A program made the translations under genes and the position numbers. This document shows, in pieces, positions 35,888-49,462 of a DNA stretch of 64,000 nucleotides (the first letter of the stretch is position 1; each line of letters opens with the position of its first letter). Under the pieces are notes generated by a model, which was given only the letters and a program-made list of their open reading frames with translations, ran no database searches and was not told the DNA's origin. This DNA is from Diadema antillarum (Eukaryota): positions 310,001 to 374,000 of the forward strand of contig NW_027272060.1 in the NCBI RefSeq assembly GCF_040938485.1, given 5' to 3'.

Positions 35888-37073
35888 TAGTTTACTTCAT
35901 TTACTCTGCTCATTTTAATCAGACTGTGATTTTTGCTCAAATAGTTTATACATGCCTTTTATGATAGTGGGTTTACAGTAGATAGTGGGCCATGCGCAAG
36001 AAACTTTTCTAAAACAAACATTGTCTTTCGAAGATTACTGGAGATAGCACAATGAGAATGTGATATTAGCATGGAATGGAAGTTCCTTTGAGTGATTGTA
36101 GCAAACCATTGAAGTTATTCACATGCATCAAGGATATAATGTCAAAGCAGAACTAAAACTAGCACTAAAATAGCACAAAAATAAAAGCACACAAATATTT
36201 TTGATGGTTATATGTACCACTACTTATGTCTCCATTCCACATAATTAAAAACATGCAAAATTGATGTTAACCAGCCAAGCGTGAAAAATTACTCATGAGA
36301 AAATATCCACTTTTACAGTACAATTTTATATTGCTCATACAATTACACTACTGTAGTATAGAAGTAGCAGCACTAGATCATTCTGTTCACATTCATTGTC
36401 TAATTGTGGCAAATACCTTTTGCTACAGACAGGAGGCACACAAATACCGCTTATCACTTATCAGGGAATGTATTCAGACTTGTCAAGGTGCTAGTTCTCA
36501 TTAACGGCATAATGGCTACTGCCAGATACTGTATTTACTTTCTGCAGATAAAACTCACCTTGAAAATGTTTACTCTCTTTTACTGAGCAGATAAAAAGTA
36601 AATGGAGAAGGGGGAGGGGGGGGGACTGTAGGTTCAATGGTTTGGTATCCTGTACATCCAGGAGGGCTTGTCTCATTGCACAGAAAAATGAAATTAGCTG
36701 AATCAACATGCTTGTCCCATTTGTACAAGTTTGTAAAGGATTACATTGTGTATGTCATTTCCCTCTGTCCACAAATCATTTGTGTAGAAATAATATTGAC
36801 TCAAAGTGTGGTCTCACTGAGTTGAGACTCCTGCGCAATTGGAGACTACTTTGTTACTCAATGTTAGGCTAGTTGTTGAATTTCATTGACGAAAACAGAC
36901 CCCCCCCCCCTGAAAAAGTATCATTTAGCACTTGTGATTGAAATCATTGTAAAGTTTTGCCATTCATGAAAACAGAACCCCCCCCCCCAGAAAAAAAAAA
37001 AAAAGAGATACAATGTATACTAGTGCTAGTTATTATTATTGTAAAGTTTTGGCAACTATGACAACAAGAAATA

Positions 37074-37279
37074 CCGTAAAGCAAGATATTTTCACGGAAT
37101 GACATTTCTGTGAATTGGAACTGATGGCTTTTTTCGTGGCATGAAGTTTTCGCAAATTGCCACTGGCATTCTATGCCCATTGTGTAGACAAGAACTTTCA
37201 TGTGCATTTTACTATCGCAAATCATGGCTCTCGAGATATTCACAAAATTAAAATGCATGTGAACATTTCTTGTTTTGCA
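37074..37279. mobile_element. Tc1/mariner-type MITE, CpG-decayed, inverse of the 53448 copy
   Basis: TA|CCGTAAAGCAAGATATT ... AACATTTCTTGTTTTGCAG|TA; aligns to the reverse complement of 53448-53654. Confidence 0.7.
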
Positions 37280-39269
37280 GTACCCCATGACATTGGATTG
37301 TCTTGTCATTAAGAATATCAAACCAATATGAAATGTCTGAGTGATATTAGTGTGGTTGTACCAATCCTTTATTGAGGAATAATTGATTTACTGGTAGTGC
37401 TGGAGCAATATGCAGGGTAAAGGACATTTATTCAATAATCCTGTGAATGCAGTTACAAGCTGTATAAGCTTAAAAAAGACATTTGTTAGAAAATTTGTGA
37501 TGTTCAATTTATACGTACTTAAGAGCAGAATCATTGTACAATTGGTTTATAGCATGATAATGATATCAACAATGCTGCTTTCAGTAACCTTTCCTTTTCT
37601 TTTCTTTTTTAATGCATGTGTAGTTTTGTTGTTAAAGACCTGTCTCTCTTCAATCTTAATAGAAAGAAAATTTCACTATTTGAACTTCAGATGACTTTAT
37701 CAGTTGAATTTAAATGCTATTATGTTGTAGCAGTGATGTTTGCTTTGCACTTCTATGACACACATATAAATGTCTTTTTTTTTGTTTGAGTGCTGGTGTG
37801 AATGATATGTGTGTATTGTTATGATTAGAAATTGTAAATGATACCAAACTTTACTCACGATTGAAATGCAAACAGCAGGTCAAAATGTGAGCTGTTAGAG
37901 CACAATTTGTTTACCCAGTTATACTCTTCTGAAAAGGAGATGTTTACGATGGTATTTGCAGTGTACATTGTGCCAGCATTTCTCCAATGATACAGTGACT
38001 TATTCAAAAATTCAAAGTAGGATGTGTCTGAACTTGAACATAGGAAGCGCATGCGTACAAAATACCCACAACTTGATTGAGTTGTAAATGTGGGGTTATC
38101 TGTCAAAGAGCAAATATGTACATCACACTTTGATTCATTACAGGATGCAGATTTGATGGAGGAGCATCACCAAACTGATTCTGACATAAAGTTGTTCTTG
38201 AGTACACAACATAGTTCTTGAGCATTAGCTTGAATGTGGAAACACTGTTTTAGGTGATTTTCAAATGAAAAGTCACAATCTTATGATGCTTCATTTTTAA
38301 TTAATGCAGTCAAATTACAGTTAAAGTTTGATTATTTTTAAAATTTGGCAAAATAACTGATTTTGTTTCTGATGCTTCTTACGAGTAATGTTAATGATTT
38401 TCTAAAGTAAAGTTAAGAGTGATATCAAACAAACTGTATGTAACAAATGGTAATTAGCATGTGTCTTAGCAGGAACTGCAATGTTAATGAATGTTGAAAT
38501 CAAGCAAAGTAATTTTTTCCTATTATGTGGTATATGGCATGTGGCGCAGTGACCGATAGATAGGGAAATACTGTACCCCATATAAAGTTGCAAATTAGGA
38601 CATTAAGGCAATTTTATGAGTGGTTGAATATGTGATCGAGAAGTACTGTGATAGAATGAAAAGTAAAGCGGTGTCCCTTTTCAGGACAAAATCAATTGTA
38701 TCTGTGAATTCCCACCATGGAGACAATGTACAGGGCCTTTGTGTTATGGTGTTTATTGGGTTTTTTTTTGTGGGGGGGGGGGGGGGGTGATTGATTCAGC
38801 AAATTTATATCATTCAGCTTGTGATATCTGTAAAATTAAAACACTGCAGAATATACCACACGCTGGTATATAGTGTGGGTGACAATGATGGCCAGTCAAT
38901 CAATACTCTGGTACAGGCCAGTCAAGAAAACATGCTAAAAACACACAAGCAAAAGAAAAGTGCTTTGTATTTTCTCATATAATTACATTGTATGTGGTAA
39001 AATCTCAGCTGATTGGTATGGTTCATTGTAAGTGGAAGAAACTGAAACTACTCTTCTCATCCTTGTTTACGTGGTGCGCACCATGAGAGATATAATATTG
39101 CATCAAGTTTTGATACAGTATCTGAGTTCATGACATATTGAATTTCTACGATACAAATCATAATGTACATTAGTAATATCTTTTGACACAGCATGAGTAA
39201 AAATTATCTTTGAATGTAGCCTAGTGTAAAGCTATTTGAAGAGCTTTGTAACATTGTGTAAATCTATTC

Positions 39270-39670
39270 TCAGTCGGGGAGATGTCTCAACATCTGATCA
39301 GTCCCCGTAACTTGTACCTCAACGGACAAAAAAAAACGGTTTGTGCTCTCACCAAAAAGGCGACTCCATCAGGGCAACGTCTGATATTTCTCCAAACAAG
39401 GTGACAACTCATTTGCTCGGAAGTCACTGGGACTTCCCTGAAACATCTTCTCAGTTGTAGAGACGTCTCCACAACATCTCTACATCAGTGCTGGTCAGTC
39501 TCCGTGGGTCTTGGCATGGTAGTGGGCTGCAGAAACATCTCGGAGACGTATCCGAGACCAGCCAGAGACTGGAAAAAGTGTGAAAAAAAAATGAACATGT
39601 TCAATAATACCCCACAACTCCTTGGAGCTGTGGCTAGTCTCAAGATGTCTTGGTGATATTGTAGAGATTT
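39270..39670. repeat. GAGAC/GTCTC-rich interspersed repeat remnant
   Basis: Dense GAGAC/GTCTC/ACATCT motifs in both orientations. Termini are not resolved. Confidence 0.4.
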
Positions 39671-40719
39671 GAGTTGCCACCAAGTTGCCATGCATACCCC
39701 GTTTTATATACTGTGGGCAAAATTTAGAGCATCCTTGAGAAAGTTCAAAAGCCTGCTCGAAAACGCGTCTTTTTGTCTGTTTAGATATATACTGCTTGGA
39801 CCGCTCACCCAAAAATGGCCCCTGACCGGCTCCATTTTCATGGTAACAAACTTTCTTTCTGATAAATGGCACAGGCTTTAGAATTCCTACATAACTGCAA
39901 ACGTTATAGAGTGTGAAAGTGTGTAAGTTGTGCACTGTTTATCAGCGGTTGTCAGTCATGATGGCTGGTTTGTATATAATGTTTGTTGCCGATTACCTTC
40001 ATTGATTATTTTCCAGATCGGCAAAAAAGCTGCTTCTTGAAACCCATAAGCCGAAATTTACAAAGATGGTTTAAATGTAAACCATGGTTTGTGCAAATTT
40101 CTTCTGCATAAAAGTACATATTGACAGTTTGTGTACACCAACAGACGTCAAGTAACAAACATGGATTGATATGCGCATGTCAAAGATACGCCCATTTCAC
40201 GCATATTTTAGACCATGATCTACATTTGTACCATGGTCTCAGTTTAAAGGTAGGGAATCCCATTTGCACGCCTTAAATGAAGAGTTGTATAAATACAGTG
40301 GTATGTTGAAGAGAATATCATTTTAGAAACTCCCATAAAGTATTGAAAGTGGAAGGTAACATTTAGTACATTTTTTTGACGGTTAGATTTTGAATTGAAT
40401 TGTTTTCGGGACTCACCGTAAATTCCAGTACATTACTAGGCTACCTTTGCAGACCCATGTACTGCATGTGTGTCCATCATGTATATTTTGTGAAGAAAGT
40501 TCATCAACACTTACAAACATTTCTATATACATTCTTACCACACACTCTATATGTTATTACATCAGCTCTTGTACTTTTAGATTTGTGTTTATAGATCACA
40601 AATACAGAAGAATGTAACAAAAAGGCTTAAGTGTGGCTGACACACAGAACTACTGAGTAGTTGAGTTTTGTGCATTATTCAAATTTTAGATAACTGTTGA
40701 CATCCAAATTTCTAAGCAG

Positions 40720-41450
40720 TGGCCTAAGCAAGTCCCCTGAGGTTCATATTTAATGTTTTGCTGCATTTTGGGAGGTCTGTAAAAGGTATCCCCTAGCTTT
40801 AAATCACCTTCGTGAATTCAAGCCACAGTGTTTATGGTGCGGTTGATGCCCTTTGAGACTGCTATAGGAGGCTCTGAAACCACCCCCTCTAGGTGGTTTC
40901 AGGATCTGATCGGATCTCCTATTCTGAATTCTGTCTGTTTATACGGAGCTGAAAGGCTGCTTGAGGCTCCTTGAGGAGGCCTCAGAACCTGATTTTGCTT
41001 CTAAAGTATACCTTTGGTAAATGGGATACTAATTTCCAGGCCAATGAGATACCCACTTAAGTCTTAGCAAAATATCGCTGTGTAGCAGTACAGTTTACCC
41101 GAGAATTTAGTGGCTACTTTAATAGCTGATTCTGAACTAAATACAGTTGATAGTAGCTTCATTTTGCTGAAACTGGCAGTAATTCTTGACCTAGTCCATG
41201 TTTAGAGCTGAAAAATTACCATGAGTGCCAGTAATGGAAATGCTAAGCATGTCTTTCTTCCATATTTCTGTGTCTTCTATTGTTTCTATTTCTGCTTTTA
41301 ACTACCACTTCTAATACTGACATTTTATTTGCACCACCTTCTACTGATCCTACAACAATAATTCTCCTTCTCAGCTGTGTTTCCTTCTTTTCCTCTTTCT
41401 TCTATTTCTTTCATTCCATCTTCATTGTATCATTCAATTTTAGTCATTCT
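40720..41450 (-). mobile_element. Degenerate CR1/L2-type LINE remnant (ORF1 plus AP endonuclease fragments)
   Basis: Minus-strand fragments in the expected order: ORF1-like LRRRIIVVGSVE (~41.35 kb), then endonuclease-like RGGGF, LWLEF and TFYRPP (~40.9-40.77 kb), broken by stops and frameshifts. Confidence 0.45.
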
Positions 41451-42900
41451 TGCCAATTAAATGGTTCAAGGCATGCCTGAAATTATGCATTAATGCTTGA
41501 ACACCCCTAACATCAGAAATGACCAGGCAGTCATTTGCTGAAATTTCTGGAGGAAGGGATATTATTTGACTGCACCTGTTGAACTTTGAACTTTAAAATG
41601 CCATTGGAGGTGGTCATTCAGTGTGATCATACAGTGTACATATTTACGGTATGTTCAATTGTATGCTTACACAGGTCTTGTCCAGAGATACAGCTCATCT
41701 TCAGTGCAGCTGTTGATATCTGCCACACCCACATCCTTATGCATGCATAATCATTTTGGTCGTAAACACTTCTTATAAATGTCACCTTACACTATTAACT
41801 GATATGACTGTAGATTATAATGCAGTAGTAAATTGTGCCATGGACATTACATGCAGAACAGAACTAAATTTAACCCAATTACATGCAGGACTTTAGAAAA
41901 ACATTCATTTTAAGATAGAGATGAACAAGATATTTGACAGTGTGTAATGGACCTTCTGCTCAAGATGTTATAGACAGAAGTAACCTGAATTTCAACCAAC
42001 CCTGTGTGGTACAATATCATTTTCAATGTAGAGATATTTTAGTGTTTGTCATGATTCTGTTGTAGAAGATAGCTAAAGTAGAAATTAACTAAATTTAACC
42101 AGCAGTGTATGATAAAGAATATCACTTTTGTTTTTAATTTGAAAAAAAAAAGAAGGTTTTGCCAAGCATGATGATTTTTAAGGAATCCTCAAGCAACTGT
42201 TGGAATGACAGAGGAAACATTCTCCATTGTAAGTTGTTAAGAATGCCTTTTTTTTTTCTATTTTATACACAAATATATGTATGTGCAACCTATGTACAGT
42301 CTGTTCAGTGGAGGTAACAATGTATGGGAATGTGGGATGTATTGCTGGCAACTTAGTCTGGATGATGAAGTATTAGAAGATACAACGATGTATGTGTACA
42401 TGTACAGATATGTGTGTGCACTTGAGATTAGATTCGTATTAATTACTGGGTATGTCAAATATGACTTAAAGGTCAATGATACATATAAGGCTATAATTCT
42501 TTTCCAACGTGAAATAATCACAAGGTTGTCCGATTAAAACAAATAATAATATTAATAATTGAAAAAATATACAGTTTGTCGATTCATCACTACCAGCACA
42601 GCACAGGAACCAATAGAACATTAAATGTTGATTTAAGGTAAAACTCTATATTTATATATGGCAAACAACAACATCCCTGTAAATGCTTTGATATTTCATA
42701 AAGATTTATACAACACCTACAAAGAATGTAGCTATCCGATCAGTTGATTGCCCATCACATGACGTTCAGACAAAAGTACCATTGCACACTGTGGCTGTAA
42801 GCCACGCAATTTTGTTTGAGAACAAAAATAGATAACTCATGTGTTCCATTATACGGCTCTGATGTCACAACACTTGCCATGTGTACTCAACAATTATGTA

Positions 42901-43620
42901 CTGTATACACCAATATTTTCGCGTACAGATATTTTCGCGAATCACGGTATCAGTGGCATTTTCGCGTGTTGTTAAATTCGCGATTGATACTAGTCGGGTC
43001 TACTGCCGCGCCAAGCCCGAGAAACACGTTCAAACACTTGCCAACGTACATTGTACTTGTAACGTTTTTTCCATTTGCATGCGAATTGTGACTTCCCAAA
43101 CATGACAATAGAAAAGACACAGTAGAAGATTTATAAAATGAAATAATAATTACGGGAACTTACAGTGAGACAATCACATACGGCATTCACAAGTACCTAC
43201 CATGTTGCAACAAATAGATGTAGACTACAAAGTTTCAGAGCTGCGCTAGCACTAGCGAAAGTTTTACATGCATCCCTAGGCCTCACGCACCCAACCACAT
43301 CGAGCCGGTGTTCGTTCGCGTAGGGTAACGCAGCATGGAGATCGCACATTATTTTAAATGCATGTTTATCATCGTACTGCACCGTAGCGTACTATGTAGT
43401 ATATGATGCCAGCAGTTGCAGTACTCAGTACTAGTGTTTGTACGTACTGGCCGGTGTGCTGTGACAGCCGCGCGCGCTGGTGGTCCGGCCAGCGCTTGTA
43501 ATCAATTTGTACATAAGGTATGACGGGGTAATATTTTCGCTTGTCTTTAATTTCGCGATCAGCCCAAAGCTCGCGAAATTGGCGAAAATAAAACCCTCGC
43601 GAAAATAACGGCGTATACAG
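42901..43620. mobile_element. Young Tc1/mariner-type MITE (CTGTA family), 720 bp
   Basis: TA|CTGTATACACCAATATTTTCGCG ... CGCGAAAATAACGGCGTATACAG|TA; CpGs intact. Confidence 0.8.
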
Positions 43621-44043
43621 TACTTTTGTCACTCATTCTGTTTTGTAAGCAACTTCAAACGATCGGTTTCACGTACATACATACGTTTGTAGTAAATATA
43701 TGTAGAGTGAAATTTGCGTTGTGATTGGTTGGAGTGCATCACGTGATTGTGCAAAAACTTTGGTATAGTGAACGGCCGTGCCACTGTACCGAATGCTTAC
43801 AGTGCGCCTTCGCTTTATGTACGCAGAGATTTGTGCATCGAGGGATGTAGTATAGAGTGCTTGACGCAGAATGTAGCAGTTTAATACGCGAATCTGCTCT
43901 GTGCATGTAATAAGCATACACCGCTGTACTAGCGTCGCGCTGTACATAAACAAGGTTGCGATTAACTCTGCATGCAAGAAATCAGTACAGTGAGTGTAAT
44001 GTTAGATTAAGGGCCTAGACCTACGGAAAATGCAGATCGAGGG

Positions 44044-44598
44044 GGACCTATTTACCATACAATTAGGGCACGTTCTACTGATGCACCAGTACAAAATTGG
44101 CAGCGCATTTGGCCACGCTCTGGAGGTGGTCTCGGCTGCGGCCGAGCAGCGGCCGAGCCCGGCCTTTTCTCAGTGTAAACGCAAACTGGGCCAAATGCAC
44201 GGCCAATTTTAGTCTGGCTTCCAAACCCTCTGCCTGTACTATTTCGATATTCAGGATATTAACCCCCTCAACGTCTAAAAATAGTATAATTTAAGGTGGT
44301 TTTGTCCTGCAAAGGATTTTTTCCTTCGGCAAAGGCCTTTGCCTGAACGGCGACTTCGTCGCCACGGAATTCAGTTGGCAAAGGGTCTGAAAACCAGACA
44401 ATACCAAATTTCGTTTGTTTACAAGCAGTGCACCACTACGACAAAATATTGAAAGGTTTGATCAAAAGCGCGGCCGAGCCCGGCAGTGTAAACAGACAAA
44501 ATTGCAGGGCTCGGCCTCGCAATTGAGGTTGGGCTCGGCCGCGGCTCGGCCGCGGCTCGGCCGCGGCTCGGCCCAGCCCCGCACTGTAAACGGGGTCC
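44044..44598. mobile_element. Harbinger-like MITE with (GGCTCGGCCGC)3, containing a nested element
   Basis: GGACCTATTTAC / GTAAACGGGGTCC imperfect TIR; GGCCGAGCCC motifs. A related remnant lies at ~58.19-58.63 kb. Confidence 0.5.
44211..44400. mobile_element. Short AGTCTGG...CCAGAC MITE nested in the previous element
   Basis: AGTCTGGCTTCCAAACCCT / AGGGTCTGAAAACCAGAC IR. The same 3' motif (GGCGACTTCGT.GCC ... GGGTC.G.AAACCAG) recurs at ~24.81-24.88 kb. Confidence 0.6.
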
Positions 44599-45224
44599 AA
44601 GAGAATGGCTGGTCATGCAATGAGACATGAATCCATTGTCTCCCTATTTTTAAGTGGTGGTATCAAACATGGGATCAAAAGGAATTAAGAGTGTTAATGT
44701 TATGACTCCATCTTTTGAACCTCCTTGTACACGCGTAATGTAAAGTAAATATTGCAATTAAATAGTGAATACCGTATATCCATAGTGATGCTGCAATATT
44801 GTCCAGTACATGTATGTAGTATCAGCATACAGAAAATAAATTATGTTATACACAGTGGATAGTGTCTTAACACGGAAATCAGTGTACCAACATGTACCTT
44901 TATTCTGCAATGCAAGGAGAAAAAACTGCAGATCCCATCCACTCATATCTTGTCCCTCTGAATTAATGCATAATGAATGGTCATTCATTCCATGGACCTT
45001 TCTCTTTGCTGATAATGGAGTAAGACCCGTAGATATCTGGTGTAGTCGATCAATATCTGGATGATCCTGCAGCAGCTGAAACCATATTAAGTATGTGTGT
45101 CTGTGTCTGCATGTGTTTGTGTATTGTATAAGCAGGCATACATTCAGTCAATGATGAATTCTTATCACCTTTACCCCAAAAGGGAGGGGGGGGGGGTGGG
45201 TGGGAGATTATAGCCAAGGAAGTA

Positions 45225-45863
45225 CTGTATACGCTGTTATTTTTGCGCACATATATATTCGCAAATGAGGTCACAGACATTTTCGACGAGATGTGATTTT
45301 CGCAAATTGACACAGAGGCCATCATTAGTGCACTATTACCCTCGCGCATGGTGACATTTTCATGTGTTATTAAATTCGCCGTTTAACTGTGATTCGCGGT
45401 ATTTGCAAAAATACCAGCTTAAATACAGTATTGTCCAATTTTACCCAAACTTTCACTGGCTCAATGTGTTCTACTAATGTTGCTGCATTCACTCAATCCA
45501 TATGTATATGAAGGTGGACTTGTCCTTTAATCTCTTTTTAGTTAATGCATATCGCTGAATTGAAAACATTCTATTCTCTCATGGTCTACTCAAGTTTTGG
45601 TTTAAAAGCAAATGCATCTCACATATACATACAAGTGCATTGTACAAGCATTAATAATGACCCTCTTTTAGGGCTTGTAGTTACTGTATTTAGCTGTTAG
45701 TTTCGCGAATGAGGAGGTCACAAACATTTTCGCAAGATGTCGTTTTTCGCAAGTCGACGCCGACGCTAACGTAAATATGCATTATTGCCCTAGCGCATGG
45801 CGACATTTTCGTGTGTTATTAAATTTGCAAAAATTCAACCTTCGTGAAAATAACAGATTACAG
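45225..45863. mobile_element. Two adjacent CTGTA-family MITEs (45225-45428, 45684-45863) around a Kolobok-like fragment
   Basis: TA|CTGTATACGCTGTTATTTTTGCG...TACAG|TA and TA|CTGTATTTAGCTGTT...AACAGATTACAG|TA. Confidence 0.7.
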
Positions 45864-48800
45864 TATTTACTGATGAAAGCCTTGAAAGATAACCTTAGTT
45901 TTCAAACAAAAATATCCCCTAATCATTGTGAGCAATAAGAGGTAAACCAGCCATAGCCATGTAAAGTATAATTTGATTTCTGTTATCAAGACAGTTCCTC
46001 CCTGTGATTACGTGACACAGATGTGAACCTTCAAGATGTATTGTGCATAATATTTGAATGATAGAGTCTATTTATTAGAGCTTTGAAAGCTTTACGGTTA
46101 CACACCACCGGCATGATGTTCTTCTCCATTCAGTTCCACTTACAGTGTAGTTTATTCAGATATTGCAATTTTTTTTTCAACCTTCAAATTGAATATTCTT
46201 TATACTGCAAAATGCTGAAGAGGTATAATTTATTACATATTGTAAACTTTACAACTAAAATTGTATTAAACTCTTCAGCATGTTTGTACGTAAATTGAAC
46301 ACCATTAGTCCCCCCCCCCCCCCATTTAATTCTTCCCCCTATATTCATATGCATGATAACATCTTGCAATCCTTGAATTGTTGTCAGCACAAGTATTATG
46401 AGACAGACAATTATTACCATACAAGAATTTTTAATATTGACATCACATTATGACGGCATTCCCCCACTGATGCAGCAACTGAATTTCTAAGAATTTCTGC
46501 CCACAGATTGTTTTGTTCATGGTTTTGGCTTTAAATGCAACTAGAAACTGATAATGGAAAAAAGATCATCCCAGGATTGTTATTGAGGACAGTGTTACAT
46601 GTAGTTGCACATCAAGACCCTGTAAACTGAAAGTGTGTTAACCTCAAAATTCTGCATATGATTTGCATTTATTGAGTTCATGTGCAATATCATACGTCAC
46701 TTTCAGGGGCATTCACTACATAATCAGGGGTCACCATGGCAACAATGCTCTAGCCATGGGTATAGTGTGTCATAAAAGAATATTAAAGCAACAAATGTAA
46801 GGTCCTTCTTTATTGTTATTTGCATTATTATCATTCGAGACCCTGAGTGTGCCTCATGGAGAGATTCTCATTACATGATTGTAGTGGTATGATTAGAGCA
46901 AGAACACATAATTGAAACTGAAAGACAATTTGTAAAAAGATCACTGATGAAATAAAATAATGGAAGTCGTATGACAAGGCAGGTGGTAAACATTTTGTAT
47001 GTGAATCAGTCCTTGTAAGAGACATCTGTATATAATGATATGCAACTACACTGTACATGTACCTCAATTGCTTTTTGCATAGAATATCATTCATATCATT
47101 TTTTTTTCATAGAAATGGATAATTTATTTCATTCTTTCACTGAACATCAAAAATAATTGTTGTCACATCTGCAAAATAACAGGGAATTGAGTTCTGCTTC
47201 AAATTAAAGAAAAATATTGTGCTTCTACATTTAAACTAACTTGAGAGAAAATTTGGGTGTTATTAGCATTGACGGACTGAACAGTTGGTATGCACTAAGT
47301 TATGTGACTTGCAGAAAGCGAAGAAGTGTCTCTGTGGAGAAATTATGTCATTTATCACAGCCAAACCCGCATGTCATATTTTGCATTGTTCACCATCACA
47401 TTGATAGAACATCCTTCTCATACATAGTTTAATGAGTGAAAGCAATTATAAGTAATCTCCTACTCACCAGCAGTAATGCATAGAATTTCTATCCTAATTT
47501 GTGCTGCCACGGTAATTTCAGGGATACTTCTACAGCACTTTAGAGTACATTGTAAGAGTGAAATTACAGGAAAGGATTAAATGGATTTGATTACATTGGA
47601 AAATGTGGGGGTTTCTTTGTTTTGTTTTGCATATAAAGTATAGCTTATTCAAATTTGTGGTGGGGTAACATGGGCTGACTTTTTTTTTTTATCTGTATAG
47701 TTTAAGTTTTTTTTGTAACATCCATGTCTGAGTGTGATGTTTGAAATTGTGCTCATAACATACATATTTATGAAAATGTTGATAATTTTTCGAGTATTGT
47801 GTGTGAAATAGTGCAAAGAAAAAAAATAACCTATGTAAATTGTTTTTGTTGTTGTTGTCATTTTGACATTTTCCTTTGGTCATAGGTTTCAAGCACTTTA
47901 AACTGAATGTTATTCTGATGCTTTAAGCTTTCATGTAAACTGCATGTGTAGGATTGAATTTGGGCAGTATCAAAATGCTGAAAAATCTGAAAAAGTGACT
48001 GAAAGGGCACATAAATTGTCCAAATTTGGTATGAAAAAAAGTAAAAAAATTTATGAAAAAGAAATGAAAACAATTTTTGTTTTAAACCTGATGTTGGTAA
48101 TATCTCAATGAGTAAAATCTTAAGTATTAACTATTGAGTAATGCCAGAAAATAACTGGTGCTATTCCTTCAATGAAATGTCACTGGAATCATGCAGTATA
48201 ATTTTCACAGTTGCACATAATCCAAATGGTTTATAATTACATTGGCCATCAAAATCTTTAATAGTGACAGTGTTCTCTCATGGCTGATTAGACATGCAAG
48301 CAGATTGAATGACATCTTCCAACAGAATCGCACAGCTCTTACTGTACAAAATTTACATTAAGCAAGCAATCTAAAGCAGCATACTGACTTTCTGTAGTTG
48401 TACTGTGACAGGCAAAAAGAGCCATTGCCTCTAGAATTTCTCAAATCAGTCTCTCTGAATACAATGTATATCAAACTGCTTGAATTGTGCTTTGAGCAAT
48501 ACAGATATAGGCGTGTCCACCTTGCACAGTTGTTTGCGTGTGCAGAAAACGAGAGCCATGTCATGCTTAATTTTGTAAAGCTGAAAGAGAGGAAAGTGAG
48601 TCAGGTAGGCAAAACACTAAAGATGCCTTTCACTGAAGATGAGAGTTGCTCGTTTCTCTTCCTACTTTTACCATTTCATCTTCCTGACTGTATCCCTTTT
48701 TCTGTAGCCTTGATTCCGGACACAAAACATTTTTTTTTTTCTTTAATTCCCATAATGATCAGCAATGATAGAACATTTGTGTGTGTGTTTGCTTAATTCA

Positions 48801-49059
48801 GTGGTGGAAATCCCAGTGTTTCCAATGTGGATTATGGGATGAAATCTCACAACTTGATATACAATGCACATGTACACTATAGGAGATTAATCGATTTACA
48901 TCTCTGCCTTTCAATTGATAAATAGGATGATGGCATTTAAGAACAGAAAAGTGCACTGTTAATGTGGAATTCACTCCAAATATAAAGTCAGACCTCAATT
49001 GTTCGGCCCTCTCTTATCCTGAGTTCTCTATCATTCAGACTTGTTTGCCACGCCATTAA

Positions 49060-49458
49060 AGATAATATGAAGTTTTGGTACCTCAAAAGTTTCCCTCAGT
49101 TTCCTCATCTTAGTTTGTGTTTCAGGTTAAAGTACCTTTCATATAACTAACACTGTGAGACTTACTCGCCCCAAAGTGCTCTCATGTCTTAGTAATCATG
49201 CAATAATGGTTTCGTACAATATGTGTATATTGATTGTCGCGGTACCGCGTCGAGTCAAACTAACGGCTTGTTCGAATTTTTCAGAGCCCGCTCTGCTCTG
49301 GTACGAAACCATTATTGCATGATTACTAAGACATGAGAGCACTTTGGGGCGTGTAAGTCTCACAGTGTTAGTTATATGAAAGGTACTTTAACCTGAAACA
49401 CAAACTAAGACAAGGAAACTCAGGGAAACTTTTGAGGTACCAAAACTTTATATTATCT
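49060..49458. mobile_element. Palindromic TTAA-flanked MITE (Kolobok-like)
   Basis: TTAA|AGATAATATGAAGTTTTGGTACC ... GGTACCAAAACTTTATATTATCT|TTAA; ~160-bp inverted arms. Confidence 0.88.
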
Positions 49459-49462
49459 TTAA

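Noticed and set aside
38536-38620. GTGGCGCAGTG as the A-box of a tRNA or SINE
   Set aside because: No B-box or cloverleaf follows.
42183-45090. Short plus-strand exon candidates 42183-42228 and ~45033-45090
   Set aside because: The acceptors are weak, the peptides unrecognisable, and they form no consistent phase chain with 48398-48595.
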